Source: Enoplolaimus lenunculus (taxonomy: Eukaryota). From it: 64,000 nucleotides of DNA. Below, piece after piece: positions 23,859 through 36,254 of the stretch. Numbering within the stretch: position 1 is the first letter of the stretch; each line of letters begins with the position of its first letter. The position numbers were made by a program, and so were the translations under genes. A model generated the notes under the pieces. It did not search any database. It was not told the DNA's origin and saw only the letters and a program-made list of their open reading frames with translations. The DNA lies in assembly GCA_030248215.1 (NCBI GenBank), contig JASANG010000864.1, forward strand, positions 186,001-250,000, in the 5' to 3' direction.

Positions 23859-26023
23859 ACTTATATTATCACCTCAACATATGTTAAGGCATAAAAGGCG
23901 CAACGAATTTTTGAATAAATTTCTTTGATTCGCTTGAACTTATGCTAACTGTGCCTGGCCTGAATTTTCTTCGTGAGTTCAAAAACATATTTTTCGTTAA
24001 ATGAACTACAAGCGAAATTTACCAGTTAAATGTTTCAAGGAAATCCGAAACAACAATCATATGTTCAGTGCGAGAAAGTATCTGAATTTGCAGTGTTAAT
24101 AGACGTAACTATATTTTAATATTGTTGCACTCAATATAATATATTGCCTTTTAAAGTAAAATTGCGTCTTATTATATATTTTAACGAGCAGTGTACAGGA
24201 TATTGGGATTTGTCACGTATGATTTGAAAGCCCGCAGGTCTTTGAACGTTTGAGGGTAAGCAAGACAAGTACGGTTTGAACACAGTTGTAAATTCAACCG
24301 GGGTACAATCGGATGTGAAAGGAACCAAAGCCGAAGGTCGGTAAACTTTTCCGGAATTGAAGCCCGATATGAACCGTAATATGAATGATATAAAGCAGTT
24401 CGGTCACTGGATTGCACATGGTATTCGATTAGTTTCAGTTTTCATAGAATTTTGGGACGCCAACGAATTTGAACGATTGCCCATATTAAGTAGCTTTAGT
24501 TCCAATATGCGACTAACTGGTTAAACACCAGAGCACAACTAGAGCTCCGGCCAGGGTGTAAACGGATGTTAAAAATAACGGAAACTATATAATAGCTATC
24601 AAAATAACGGATATTATTGAAGTGCAAAAGTTTAGATGATTTAGTTTTCTACCAACACAATTTGGACATGCATCAATGTTCAACAGGCTTTCGGAAGTGT
24701 TGGCCAATGTTAAGAACAGGGGCGGAACAGTATGATTGGCATATTCCTAAACCTAAGCGTATTAAGAAAGCGTATTCCTAATCCTAAAGCCTAGAAATTT
24801 TCCAGTTTGCAAAAAATTTTATCGTTTTGTGTGTATCCAGCAACTTCTCTTTGAAAGCTATAGGTTTTACGCGGGTTTGGTTGGCAAACCAATAAATAGC
24901 GTAGGTTTTGTTTGAGAAATGGGAATGTGAAGATTCAAATTGGTAACAGTAATTTCTTGAATACAAGACATCTTTGTTTTATCCATTCCAGACATGACTA
25001 TAGGAAATAGAAGATATTTAACTCTTGAAAATTTAATAAAGTTGGACTCTTGAAATTTCAAGGCAGTGTATTTTGTGTGTAGCATTCCATAAGTTTTAAT
25101 AGAAGACTACCGCATTGTTTCTAAATATTTTGATATATACTACATCTGGGGCCCATGTATCGAACGGCGCCGGAACGTTTTGCTGCGGCCTGTATAAGAG
25201 TAAGCTTAAGCGTTAGACTATTTTTTGCTTAGTTGTTATTTCCTTTATTGTCAAAAAATATTTATACATACTCCAGTGAAAAATTTCGTTATATATTTCT
25301 TCAAAGTCAATGGAACCCAGATCACCTGAACCGCTTTATCTCATCACACGAGCTCTCTAGAATACAACTGCAACCAAAGTAGTTTCAACTAGTGATTCAA
25401 ATTTAACATTGATCATAACAGAAGGCAATATTACAGATTTCAGCTATTAAAAGTTTTAGAATCGAAATCTAAATATGACTAAAAATATTCAATTGATGAT
25501 ATCACAATGATTTTAGCTATATTTTTTTAATTTCGGGTCAATTAGATCCAGTAGTCTGAATGAAAATAAAGACATAATATTTATTTAAAAACATACTAAT
25601 ATAAAAAAGAATAATAAAATACGCAAAGCACTACGATATACGCATTCGATTGAATTTTTGAACATTCACTTTGCAACATCTATTTATCAAGTTCGTGTAT
25701 AAAATACACTCCAAAACGGAGGCGACATCAAGTAAAATAGCTGATTATCGAAATTTAATACATGTATATATCACAAAAATCAATGAATATGTCTGAATAA
25801 AATTCGTCAAATATTTATATACAATAAATTTCAAGAGCGTATCCGAAAGGGGTGTCTTATAGGAACCACCGTCCCTACAGTCTAAAATTCTTTGTATCAG
25901 GTGAAGACATTACCTTATTGGATAATCGCTAACGATTCGTCAAATCTATATTTTATCCATCAATCTGAACTTCAAAACATGCCACTATGTAAAATTCAAC
26001 ATATCAAACATAATAAGTACTAT

Positions 26024-28461
26024 CTAATTTGCACGCTGCCTTGTAGGAACGCTTGTTGTTACCTGTATTCCATGCATTTCTTTGATTTCTTGCTTAAGAG
26101 CCTAGAAATATGTAATTTTTATAATTTATCAACCTGTACTCATCTCAGAGTTTGAAAATATAACAAACAGCTTTGTCGACAATAAATACATTTGCTTGAG
26201 ACAAACTTATTTACTAAATTCAAGCTAAATCTTATACACAACTGGTACGTCCCTTATAGACCCAATTCTTGGTTACGCCCAAGCCGACAGGAACGTGTTC
26301 GGGTATTAAATGATTCTTGAAGAGCGTCAGCAAAGGCGGTAGCGCGTAGACAAATGGTAGTTTCTATGGGACCAACCGCATTCGTTGGGATTTTGAACAA
26401 TGGTATTTAAACACGGTTTCAATTTGCAACACAACAAACCCCACTCTACGCAGCTATCTATAGAACCTAACCCCGTTTCCAAAATCCTGGCTACACCCGT
26501 GTGAGTGTGAAAATAATTTTCAAACTTTTATAACTTACTTGATTGACTAGCTTCTGTTGTTTGAGTATCGACAATCCCTCAAAATCCACAGATTCAACAG
26601 CGACCCTGTACATGCTGCCACAGCCACCTGAAACAAACTGAATTGTATAATTTTACAATTTAACGCCACCGTGGGAAAGGATTTAAAACGAAAAATCTAA
26701 AAGCCATATTTATGACGTAGCCCGAAATTTAATTCAGCCCAATTATTCATTATACTAGTCAAATTGCCTCAAAAGTGATTTTGGAAGCCTATACACGAGG
26801 ACGTATTTCTGAAAAAGTTCATTTGTATATAGCTCAACCAGGAAGTGTATATGTTGTAGCCCAAGCCGTAATTCAACCCAATACCGAATTGGTCTAGTCC
26901 AGCACGGAAATACGATTTGGGCTAGCCCACGGCACAATTTTTTTCTGCTACAAGTGCACTTCTTGTGATTGGTTATCTTAATGCCGTACTCAAATACGAT
27001 TAGCTGATGCGAATATACTCTTTGCTGATTGACTAAGTAATCGTTAAGTTACTGTTGGCTACCAAGCAGTTTGCTTTGCTAAGCTAATTTGCCTCTATCA
27101 AGTAACCAATCAGAAAACGTACACCTTTATCAGATATGATTACGCCTTGGGCTAGCCCAAGTCGGACTTCCGCTTTGGACTAGCCCAATTCGGAATTAAG
27201 CTGAATTACGACTAGGCTACGATCAGGGTGCAACCGGAGGTCTACCTCCGGTTCCGGCAGAAAACCAGTCTCCGGCTCCGGCTGTGGTAGAATTTTTGCC
27301 GGAAGTTCCACAATTTCGGTAGTAGAATTTTGCACAATTTTGCAATATTTATCTGTTTAGCGCGTTTCGTTTTACTTTTGTCACAATTTTCAGGAAAGAA
27401 TTTCCGAAATTTCTCAGAGAATTAGCGTAAAACCAAACAACTTAATAACATACTGCAGATACTGGCTAACATTAACTAATTAACCATCATTTTTACTTTC
27501 TAATTCCGCCTCACCTCCGGCTGCGGCAAGTTTCGTTGACGTCCGGCTTCGGCTCCGGTATTTTTCACATCCGGTAGCACCCTGGCTACGATATATACAA
27601 AAGTTGTGCAACAAGAACTATATATACAACAAAACATCCGTTTTTCATATTCATAACGAAACAACCCCTACAACGAGGGTAAAACCGATATGCTTCCGAC
27701 TCCGGCAGAGATCGGCCTGCGGCAACGGCTTCCCGTCAAACTGTCAAGAGTTTTCCAAAACCATATTTTCTTGATTAAACATATGACAAAGACAAAATTG
27801 AATTGCGGCCAATGTAAAAAACACGGGTCGGTAAAGCAGTATCAACGTATTCCTAAGCCTAAGCCAAGACTAAGCCTAGGTGTAAGAATGAGCTTATAAC
27901 TAAGCCTAAGTCTAAGCGCTTGGCCAAGCAAAAAAATTAAGTCTAAAGCTTATGCTTACTCGATTCTCATCCCACAGAGAAACGTTCCGCTTTTACATGG
28001 GGCGGTGTTTGGAAGCTCGGACAAAAAACTTGATAATAGCCAGTGATGAGTATCGAATACATCTTTTGAATGCTTACTTTAAAACAATGATATTAACTGA
28101 ACCCCACAGCACAACACTGGGCACCAGCGTGACACCATTGCCATTGTACCAAAGCCGACTCCGATTCCAAATCCAAACCTACACTTTAAAAAGTTAGTTC
28201 AGATAGTAAATTTAACTTCATTCGTTAGATTTGTTCGCAAAATCTCTTTGAAATTACCGACCCGAAATCAAATCTTGCTACACCCCAGAAGATAACAAAC
28301 TTACCTGAAATATCTTGCACTTCAATTGAGCTGGCACGATCAAAAGTTCGTTTTAAAATATTATAAATTTTCGATTCACCTTCGCTCAGTTGCCTGCTAT
28401 CGGTACACAACATGCGAACCCAGCTTACAGGATACAACCTGAACGTACGAATCAAAGACAT
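26024..28461 (-). CDS. BOLA3: BolA-like protein 3 (mitochondrial Fe-S assembly factor), 3 exons
   Basis: Exons 28461-28305, 26627-26539, 26101-26024. Protein MSLIRTFRL...IEVQDISGGCGSMYRVAVESVDFEGLSILKQQKLVNQALKQEIKEMHGIQVTTSV...; has the SGGCG and MHG motifs of BOLA3 and an Arg-rich N-terminus. Confidence 0.93.
26846..27598. mobile_element. Long-TIR foldback MITE interrupted by a hAT-like MITE (27224-27584)
   Basis: ~90-bp imperfect inverted arms (tgtatatgttgtagcccaagccgtaattc... / ...gaattacgactaggctacgatatataca). The insert has CAGGGTGC TIRs and a perfect TSD GCTACGAT. Confidence 0.8.
27807..28003. mobile_element. TTAGGC-family MITE, subtype A, in BOLA3 intron 1
   Basis: GGCCAATGT...ACATGGGGC ends with internal GCCTAA repeats; TSD not evident. 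Confidence 0.75.
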
Positions 28462-28552
28462 AATACAACTAGAAAATTCTACGCAGTTTCGTAAACCATT
28501 GTTATTAACCGGCTTAAACTACACCTAAAATATACTTTCGATACACTGTCAT

Positions 28553-28789
28553 GGCCCATGTTAACATCAGGGGTGGAACGTTTTTCTGTGAGACATGAAT
28601 AGAATAAGCTTAAGCTTTAGACTAATTTTTTTGCTTGGCTTAGGCTTACGCTTAGGCTTAGGCTTAGGGATAAACCCATTCTTACGCTTAGGCTTAGGCT
28701 TAGGCTTAGGAATAAACTCATTGTTACGTTTAGGCTAGGCTTAGGAATAAGCTTATCATACTGTTCCGCCCCTGTTCCTTACATTGGCC
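28553..28789. mobile_element. TTAGGC-family MITE, subtype A
   Basis: GGCCCATGT...ACATTGGCC; TSD ACTGTCAT/ATTGTCAT; several TTAGGC blocks. Confidence 0.9.
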
Positions 28790-28917
28790 ATTGTCATTGA
28801 ATCAGGGGAACTTAATAGTGGAATAGCATATCTGTCTGTTCTGCAAAGCTCGAAAACACTAAACCGTCCATCGATGATATAGGGAGACATCAAACTTACA
28901 TACTTTATAACCGAAAC

Positions 28918-29104
28918 GGCCGGTGTATGGAGCAGGGCCGGAACCTTTTTGGCTGGACTATAGCAGAGTCAGTTTAAGCTTTAGACTATTTTTTGCTTAG
29001 GCTTAGGCTTAGTCTTAGGTTAAGTATAGGCTCATTCTTACGCTTCGGCTTAGGCTTACGAATACGCCTATACTACTGTTCCTACCCTGGTCTATACATT
29101 GGCC
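28918..29104. mobile_element. TTAGGC-family MITE, subtype A
   Basis: GGCCGGTGT...ACATTGGCC; perfect TSD ACCGAAAC. Confidence 0.9.
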
Positions 29105-30410
29105 ACCGAAACGATCAATACAATATTATAGGCACATAAGCAAGGGACGAATACAAAGGGAAGGATAGAGGGAGATGCGTTCCTTCCCAAAATGTTTAGA
29201 GACAAGAATAAAGGATATTCTGTAATGTTGTTACACAGGGTAGTTTAACAAAGGGGCTAAACTGCACTTTATTTTCCACAATATTTGTTAATCGGAAAAC
29301 TACGCAAAATACGGAATACCACGCATGAATAAATTGGTTAGAGCCCCAAGTGGGAATCTATATCAGCAAATGAAACCACGGTCGAATACAACCATTGAAA
29401 ACTACAGATTTCGAACCAAAAAACCCAAGGACAGCCCCGATCTACCTAACTACTATACTTTCAACAGACTTTAGAATAACGGTCTGAATCCCAGAGATCA
29501 CTAAATTCTTACTCATGACGACATACCCTACCGAGCACAAATCCTGGCTGCATCCCTGAACTGTTTGGTCGCAATTTAATTTCTTCGCAATTTCATGGAG
29601 TCTGCTACTTTAACACGACTCCAAGCACTTTAAATTATGAACAAAGCAACACAGCAGGTGATTAGTTCATTTTTTCAACAATTTCGGTATTATTATTATT
29701 ATTGAAGCCGATGCCGACAAAGAGCCGACTCCATCCCTGCACCTATTATCTGTTAGTAAACGCAGCGGCAAGAACATTTCTTAATCTTGTAGAAAGTTCT
29801 CGGTCGATTGGCTATATATTGTCCATACAAGGGTGGCGCTCCTATCCCATCGCAGTGGCTCCTTGACCCGACTGCTTTTATGAATAGCCTACAACATTTC
29901 CTGCAGCGAAATAAAGGTTCGTTTGTGATTAAAACGGTTCCGTAACCAGAAGAAGACCAGAGGGGCTCAACCGCACTGGAAGAATTGTGCCCCCTAGAAA
30001 TTTTTATGCCGCTCCTGAAAAAGATTTATCCCTCCGCTAGCACATTGAGCTTGCGAAGGGCCTGGGTTAAAATTGAATATTGTGAAAAAACGGAACACTT
30101 AAAAAAATAATTGCTTTAACAAAATAATGAAGACGTTTGAATTTTTTACTTAGGTTGGTTCCAAAATGATACAAGAGAGAATCACTTGACTGCTTAAAGT
30201 TTATTTCAATATTTTATAACATTACAATATAGCGTACACACTGGCTTCAAATCTGGTAGATGTCTAAAAACGGTATCCATAAACTAGTCGGGCACATCGC
30301 TGAATTCAAGCTTTACATGAACTTTTTTGCCTAGGCTTAGGAAATCTCATCCTTGCGCTTAGGTTCAGGTTTAGGCTTAGGAATACGCTTATACGCAACC
30401 CTGAAATCCT

Positions 30411-30555
30411 GGCCCATGTATAGAACAGGGTTGGATCGTTTTCCAGCTGGGCTGTAATACATTCCGTCTAAGCTTTACACGAACTTTTTTGCTTAGGCTT
30501 ACGAAATCTCATTCACGCTTATACTACTGCTCTGGCCCTGTTCTATACATTAACC
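30411..30555. mobile_element. TTAGGC-family MITE, subtype A (partial copy adjacent at ~30320-30400)
   Basis: GGCCCATGTATAGAACAGGG / CCCTGTTCTATACATTAACC. Confidence 0.8.
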
Positions 30556-30606
30556 AAAAAACCTAAATCTATTTTTTGCTTCCATTCCAAAACCTTTGAT
30601 AAACAA

Positions 30607-30815
30607 ACCACTCAGAAAACATTCACCCCATTCCTCATTGCGAAAGCAAGAGAAGCGATCATCAAGCAAAGTGCCAACCATTGCAAGCTGACTCATTGCC
30701 GTTTCACGCTCAGAGGTGAATGTTATCACACATCATCGTGGTCACAACAGGATTGCGAATAGTGAAGTGTGATGGAGAAACATACTACAGAAATGATCCT
30801 GTGAAGTATGATCTC
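30607..30815 (-). ncRNA. U3: U3 box C/D snoRNA
   Basis: The reverse complement has all U3 boxes in order: A' ATACTT, A GGATCATTTCTGTAGTA, C' CCACGATGATG, B GAGCGTGAA, C TGATGATCG, D CTGAGTGG. Terminal ACCAC/GTGGT stem; ~209 nt. Confidence 0.93.
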
Positions 30816-30866
30816 AACACTGTTCAATTATTTGACAGCTATCTACAAAACGTAAAATATTTGCCA

Positions 30867-30878
30867 CACCATTGTTAT
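30867..30878 (-). promoter_or_regulatory. Candidate PSE of U3: ATAACAATGGTG
   Basis: -63..-52 from the U3 start; matches the U1 upstream motif in sequence and position. Confidence 0.6.
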
Positions 30879-31873
30879 AACAATATGACAATGTATAAAC
30901 AATGCATAACAGAAGCTGTTTGAGTTTGAGTATGAAACAATTTGTCAACAGAGCTGGTTACGGGGGGAAACGCGATTAAGGCGCCCGTTTCAAAAACAGT
31001 TTATGAATGACATTAATTTTATGTTTAACCACCACAAAATACAAGGATATTATAAAAATCTATTAAATTTTGTATGGTACCTGCCGTCCGAAGCCCGACT
31101 AAATTCCTGTGGTTAGCTCCATCGAGCGGTGTCAAAAAGTGGCAAATCATGACAAAATAAAAGAAAAGACAGCGAATGTGCTGAATTTATTTAATCAGTC
31201 ATGACACGCGTCGTTTACAGTTTTGAATCACATGCTTAAATTTACTCAAGTTGCATCAAAAGATTTTCTACGGAGGGAAATGATACGTATAATGATTCTA
31301 AAAACTACGTCATAAGGGAACACCGATTTTGCACAACTATATGAACATTAGTGACCATCAAATCTGCTAAACTGGTTGTTAAACTCAAAACTAGCAATTT
31401 TGATCTTTAAAAATCAAACTGGTCATAAAAAGAACCTAAATTTCATTTAACTCAATTGTCATTGCACACGGAAACTCAGGCGTTTCGGATGCCATTGTGT
31501 TACATCTGTACACATCAATTATACTGCAATATAACCCAACAATCGGTATATCAAACCAACATCTGCTTTGCGTTTAACCCCTCATTAGCCTTGCCGTTCT
31601 GAAAATTTCGCGATGTCACATACAGCGCACATACAAACCAAAACGGCGCAGCCGGGGTAGAGTATGAGGGGTCAAAAACTCTTTGCGATTTTTGCAGTGT
31701 TTTTGGCACGGTTTCCATTTGCAAAACACAAAATCTCCTTCAATATTTTTATAGACTGTAACCCTCCCATTTCCAAAATCCCGGTTACGCCCATGGCCTC
31801 ACCATATGCGAGCTTGTCGTTTTACGTTCTATATTAACACCCGAGTGTCCACCACCGTAACCAAACGCCCTGT

Positions 31874-34800
31874 TCACGCCTGAGCGCTCACCGGCGTAGG
31901 CGACTTCTGTTCCCGCACAACCTCGGCCGGAATAGCACCAGGCTCTGCAATCGGTGTCGCAGACTGAGCACTCCCCCCACCAACCACACCACCTGCCGCT
32001 TTGATCAAATCCGCCTCGCTAAAATTTGCCGAATTAATAAAGAACCAATTCGACCGTTCCAGCTCACGGAACAAAGCTTCACTTAGTCGTATTTCATACA
32101 TATTTTCAACGTCAACGTCACAGTCAAAATCGTAATCTTCAAGTTGTTGATCATCAGTTAATAGTGGGCCGATTACTTGTTCAATTGTTGCGTCAACACC
32201 TGAAACGCCAACCTTACAGGCAAGTGGAATGGTTATAATATCAGTGTGTACCGTGATATGCGACGTCAATTATATTAACAAAAATCGACATTCAACTCAG
32301 ATACATATTTTTGACATTCAGAGTTTTCATTGCATCCCAACTATCACAATAATCGTCACGTTAAGCCTAATACAGCTACTAACAAGCCTATTTGGGCTAG
32401 CTACTCCGCGAGAATTGTGAACATCTGATTTCACTGTAATTTTTAACTGCTCGTGTACTTTATCTCTACACATCGTTGCATTGCTTCCTCAAAAATACAA
32501 TGGCACACGGGAGTCACCTACCTGGATCAACATTCGGTCTTGGCGCTGCTGTTGTTACACCTGGCGGACCAGGGACAGCCGCGTTGCCTGACTGATGGTG
32601 GCCGCCCCCTGCAACGGATTGTGACGGCCCAGGCGGTCCCGAATTAACCGGCATCGCATAATCGTACATCTGCCACTGGTTGCTATTATAAAAGTCTTTA
32701 TTCGCCGCGTAGTGTGACGCTGGATCATAGTTGGCTGTTGCTGGTCTTCCAGTAATTGGATTGCGTGCTTTGGGATGCGCAGGGCGTAATTGTATTGGCC
32801 GCCCGTAAATAAGCCATTTGTTTAGTTCAGCTAATGCACGTTCTTGATCCTGTTTCGCTGTGAATCGAACCAAACCTAGAAAATTACAGCGATACAGCAA
32901 ATATATAACAAACAGCTGGCATGGAAAAATTACACATCAACCAGCGGCGTTGTCAGAAGGGGCGGCCAAACAAGGACATGGCCCTTTTCAATGACTTCGA
33001 CAAGTCTGTTCATAAATGCTAGCCGAGACAAATAAACTTTTGACGAGGCCTTCCACAAACATGAAATCTGGCTAAACCTTCTGCAACGTATTAACAAATT
33101 TGAGCAGCATTACTATTTGTCTATAGACAACTCATTAAACTCCAATACAGATCACTCAACTTGTCTGTGAGCACAAAATATCATAGTAGTGTGAAGAACT
33201 TAGGGTGGCGCGGCGCATCACTTGTCGTCGCGTCCGCCGGCGTCCGTCACCGTCCGTTACCATACCGTATCGTACATGAGAAATTCGCGTACGATACCTC
33301 ATAGTGACGAACGGCACCGGACGTCATCAAAAATATTGCGCCGCCCTTAACCTTAAACTTGGATACGGACAATCAAACACGCACTAATACCAAAATTTAT
33401 TCTTTACCTTGCTCGAGTGTGACAACAACCTAACCTACCTAGGAGCGATACAACACAAAAATAAACATAAAACTTATTCGCTACAGTTGAAAATATCCCA
33501 ACAGTCCTTACCAACTCCTTTGCTTGTCCCATCAGGATTTCTAAACACTCGCCCGCCGCGGCACGAATAGTATTTTTTGCCAAAAATTTGGTACAGTTGT
33601 GCGTCATCTACCTAAAAATCAAGCAATCGCAGCATAAAAAATTCCATTCACCTTTACCGCTGCTTCAAACCTCAGTACCTTACGGCCCTAATAATGCGTT
33701 CTGAAACGGTTGAGCTGCGATAGCTGACAAAGGAAATTTTACCAGCATTGCATTATGCTTTGACTCAAATGATAGAATATCTGAACCTAACTAGTGATTT
33801 ATGATTGACACATTTGATAATACCGGCACACCATGTAAATCCAGCCAGTAATCGCTATTAAAAACAATGCAAAGATACTCTGATCACTGCCACGGGTGAT
33901 CCGAATAAAAAGTTTCACACAGGTGTACTATACTATACTTCAGCGGTACAAGCACCCTGAAATTACTTAGCAAAGCACTAGCGAATCCAAGAGGACCCAC
34001 CCCAAAGGGATCAAAACCAAGAATTTGTATTAACGTTAGCCTTTAAAACGGTGCTTGGTTTGCTTTAACGATCCGCTATCTTACCGATCCGCTATCTTAC
34101 CGAACACAGCGACCACCAAGTCCATCGTTTATTTATATAGCACAAAAACGTTGTATCCATAACAACAAACACAAAATGTTTAATAAAATCTGGCAGAACT
34201 GACCTCACTGGGTAAATTTGACGCGATAATGTTATACTCAAGCACTGGATTTGACGGATTGTACGCGAAGCTGAGCTTGAACGAAAGCGGCGGCTTGCTG
34301 TCAGGAATAATTTTACCGTTAATCGTTAACATAACTCTGAAACATAAAATAGCTTTTGCACAATAGAAGAAAATGGAAAAATATACTGCTTGGTACAAAC
34401 TTATTTCGCATGTAATAGCACAATAATTAATACATGTTAGGAATGATGCAAATTACAATTCCAATTCCGATTATACCTGCAATGACAATCGGGTTGAATA
34501 AGAAGCGAAATTCTAACACGAATCACAATTCCGTTTGCACCCTGTTACACTGGTTTACTTTCCCATAAAAACGACGAACGATTTATTCTTTACATACTCT
34601 GGCAAAACATTATTTAACAGACAGAACATTTTGGTCACGATCATAGACCACATCCAAACCCAAAACAACATTCAACACCGCGCGGTTTAAAAAGTCCCTA
34701 TAAAATTCGAGCGTTTCCTACTGCAGTTCTGAACCCACATTTACGTTTTCTGCATCGCAACACAACATTTTCGTGTAATTTCCGAGTCCGAACAAATAAA

Positions 34801-35051
34801 ATTCAAGCTTTTCCTATCCCTTACCACTAAAATTCACCTGAGGGCACATACCTTCGCGCAGCGTCAATCGACGGTAACTCCACGAAACAATATCTTGCAA
34901 ACTGTCCGGTGTACTTGTCGAATATCACTTTTACCGTATTGACATCTTCACCCATTTTCAAAAAGGCTTCCCCGATAAAATTTGCGTCCATATATTCAGC
35001 CAGATCACCCATCCATAACGTTCGCTCGTCTACTTCACGCGACGCCATCAT
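31874..35051 (-). CDS. TRNAU1AP: tRNA selenocysteine 1-associated protein 1 (SECp43), two RRMs, 5 exons
   Basis: Exons 35051(or 35048)-34852, 34336-34204, 33611-33512, 32875-32522, 32199-31874. RRM1 TLWMGDLAEYMDANFI..YCFVE, RRM2 ..YSCRGGRV..GTSKGVGLVRF, a Tyr-rich linker and an acidic C-terminal DVDVEN..SEALFRELERSNW block typical of SECp43. Confidence 0.88.
33200..33350. mobile_element. GC-rich foldback MITE (relatives at ~6125-6330 and 46597-46770)
   Basis: ttAGGGTGGCGC...GCGCCGCCCTtaa ends with internal CGTCCGTCACCG inverted repeats; TTA/TAA flanks suggest PIF/Harbinger. Confidence 0.55.
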
Positions 35052-35107
35052 TAGTTTTGAAATATGCAACCGATACTCTTAAACGTGATTTCGATATATA
35101 ATGCACT

Positions 35108-35271
35108 GGCCCATGTAAAGATCAGGGTAGAACTTTTTTCTGGAGGACTACAATAGAATAAGCGTAAGCTTAGACTAATTTGTTTCGCTTGGTTTAGGAA
35201 CAAACTCATCTTACGCTTAGGCTTAGGAATAAGATTATAATACTGCTCCACTCATGTTCTTTACATTGGCC
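35108..35271. mobile_element. TTAGGC-family MITE, subtype A, ~55 bp upstream of the TRNAU1AP ATG
   Basis: GGCCCATGT...ACATTGGCC; perfect TSD AATGCACT. Confidence 0.9.
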
Positions 35272-36254
35272 AATGCACTATAATGTAGTAACTAGATAAA
35301 AAATTAAACCACGTCGAACTACAGTAGTTTCACAAAATAACTTCAATTCCAAAACAGCATGCCGGTTTTCATGCGGCGGTATAACAACGAAATACCCATA
35401 TTCGTATCGCAAACTGCCCCTACGATTACGAACACTGGCCAAGCTGAAAAGCAATTATGACAATGGCAGAAACATAAAACACTTTAATGACTTGTTCCGC
35501 TTCATCGCTAGAACAAAATAAAATTTTCAAAATAATTAGTGATATAAAAATCTTAATATGCAAATTAAAATTTGCAAGTATCGCCGTAGACTTCGCCCAC
35601 TTTACAAGAATAACAACCATGACAAACAAACAAACGGTATAAAAATGTTTACTACTTGTAAGCAATTGAATAGCATAAAAAAATCACGATATTGCAAATC
35701 ATTTTCAACACAAAACTTCAAACAGGTAACTTTTTGCAACAACATACTCTAAATTTTCACAATTTATAAAGCTTTTAAAGTTTAGACACTTCCAAGATTG
35801 TATATATTAAAGAGTGAGCTGAAAAACGAACTTGTCTAAGCTTACACAATTATGCATCACAGGCAGCTACAGGAACTGGAGAAGCTTTCAATCGGATAAA
35901 ATAGAATACCAGTTACAATATACCAGCGTTTATCGAAATTATGACGCGATTTCTAACAGCACACAAGTATGCCGAAACTGGTATAAGCATAAAAAATTTA
36001 AGGCACATTCCCACTTTCACAAAAACTCATCTAATAACACACAGTACACAATTACCAATCCGCAATAACTTACGTGATATTCAGTCACCTATGAAACACA
36101 CAGCTCCAATAATGATATCACACTTACTTGTAAGAAGCAATTAAAATATTCAAATTTCAATGATTCCCGGCTACAAACAGAACCCTATGAAATTAGCCAA
36201 CTACAGTATCCTCGAGCGGTAGAATCAGTGCAAACATCAAATTGATGCAAATCT

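Noticed and set aside
30640..30705. SECIS-like ATGA...AA...TGAT hairpin downstream of the TGA-ending SECp43 gene
   Set aside because: The helix pairs poorly, it lies beyond an AATAAA at ~31190, and the sequence is fully explained as U3 boxes B/C.
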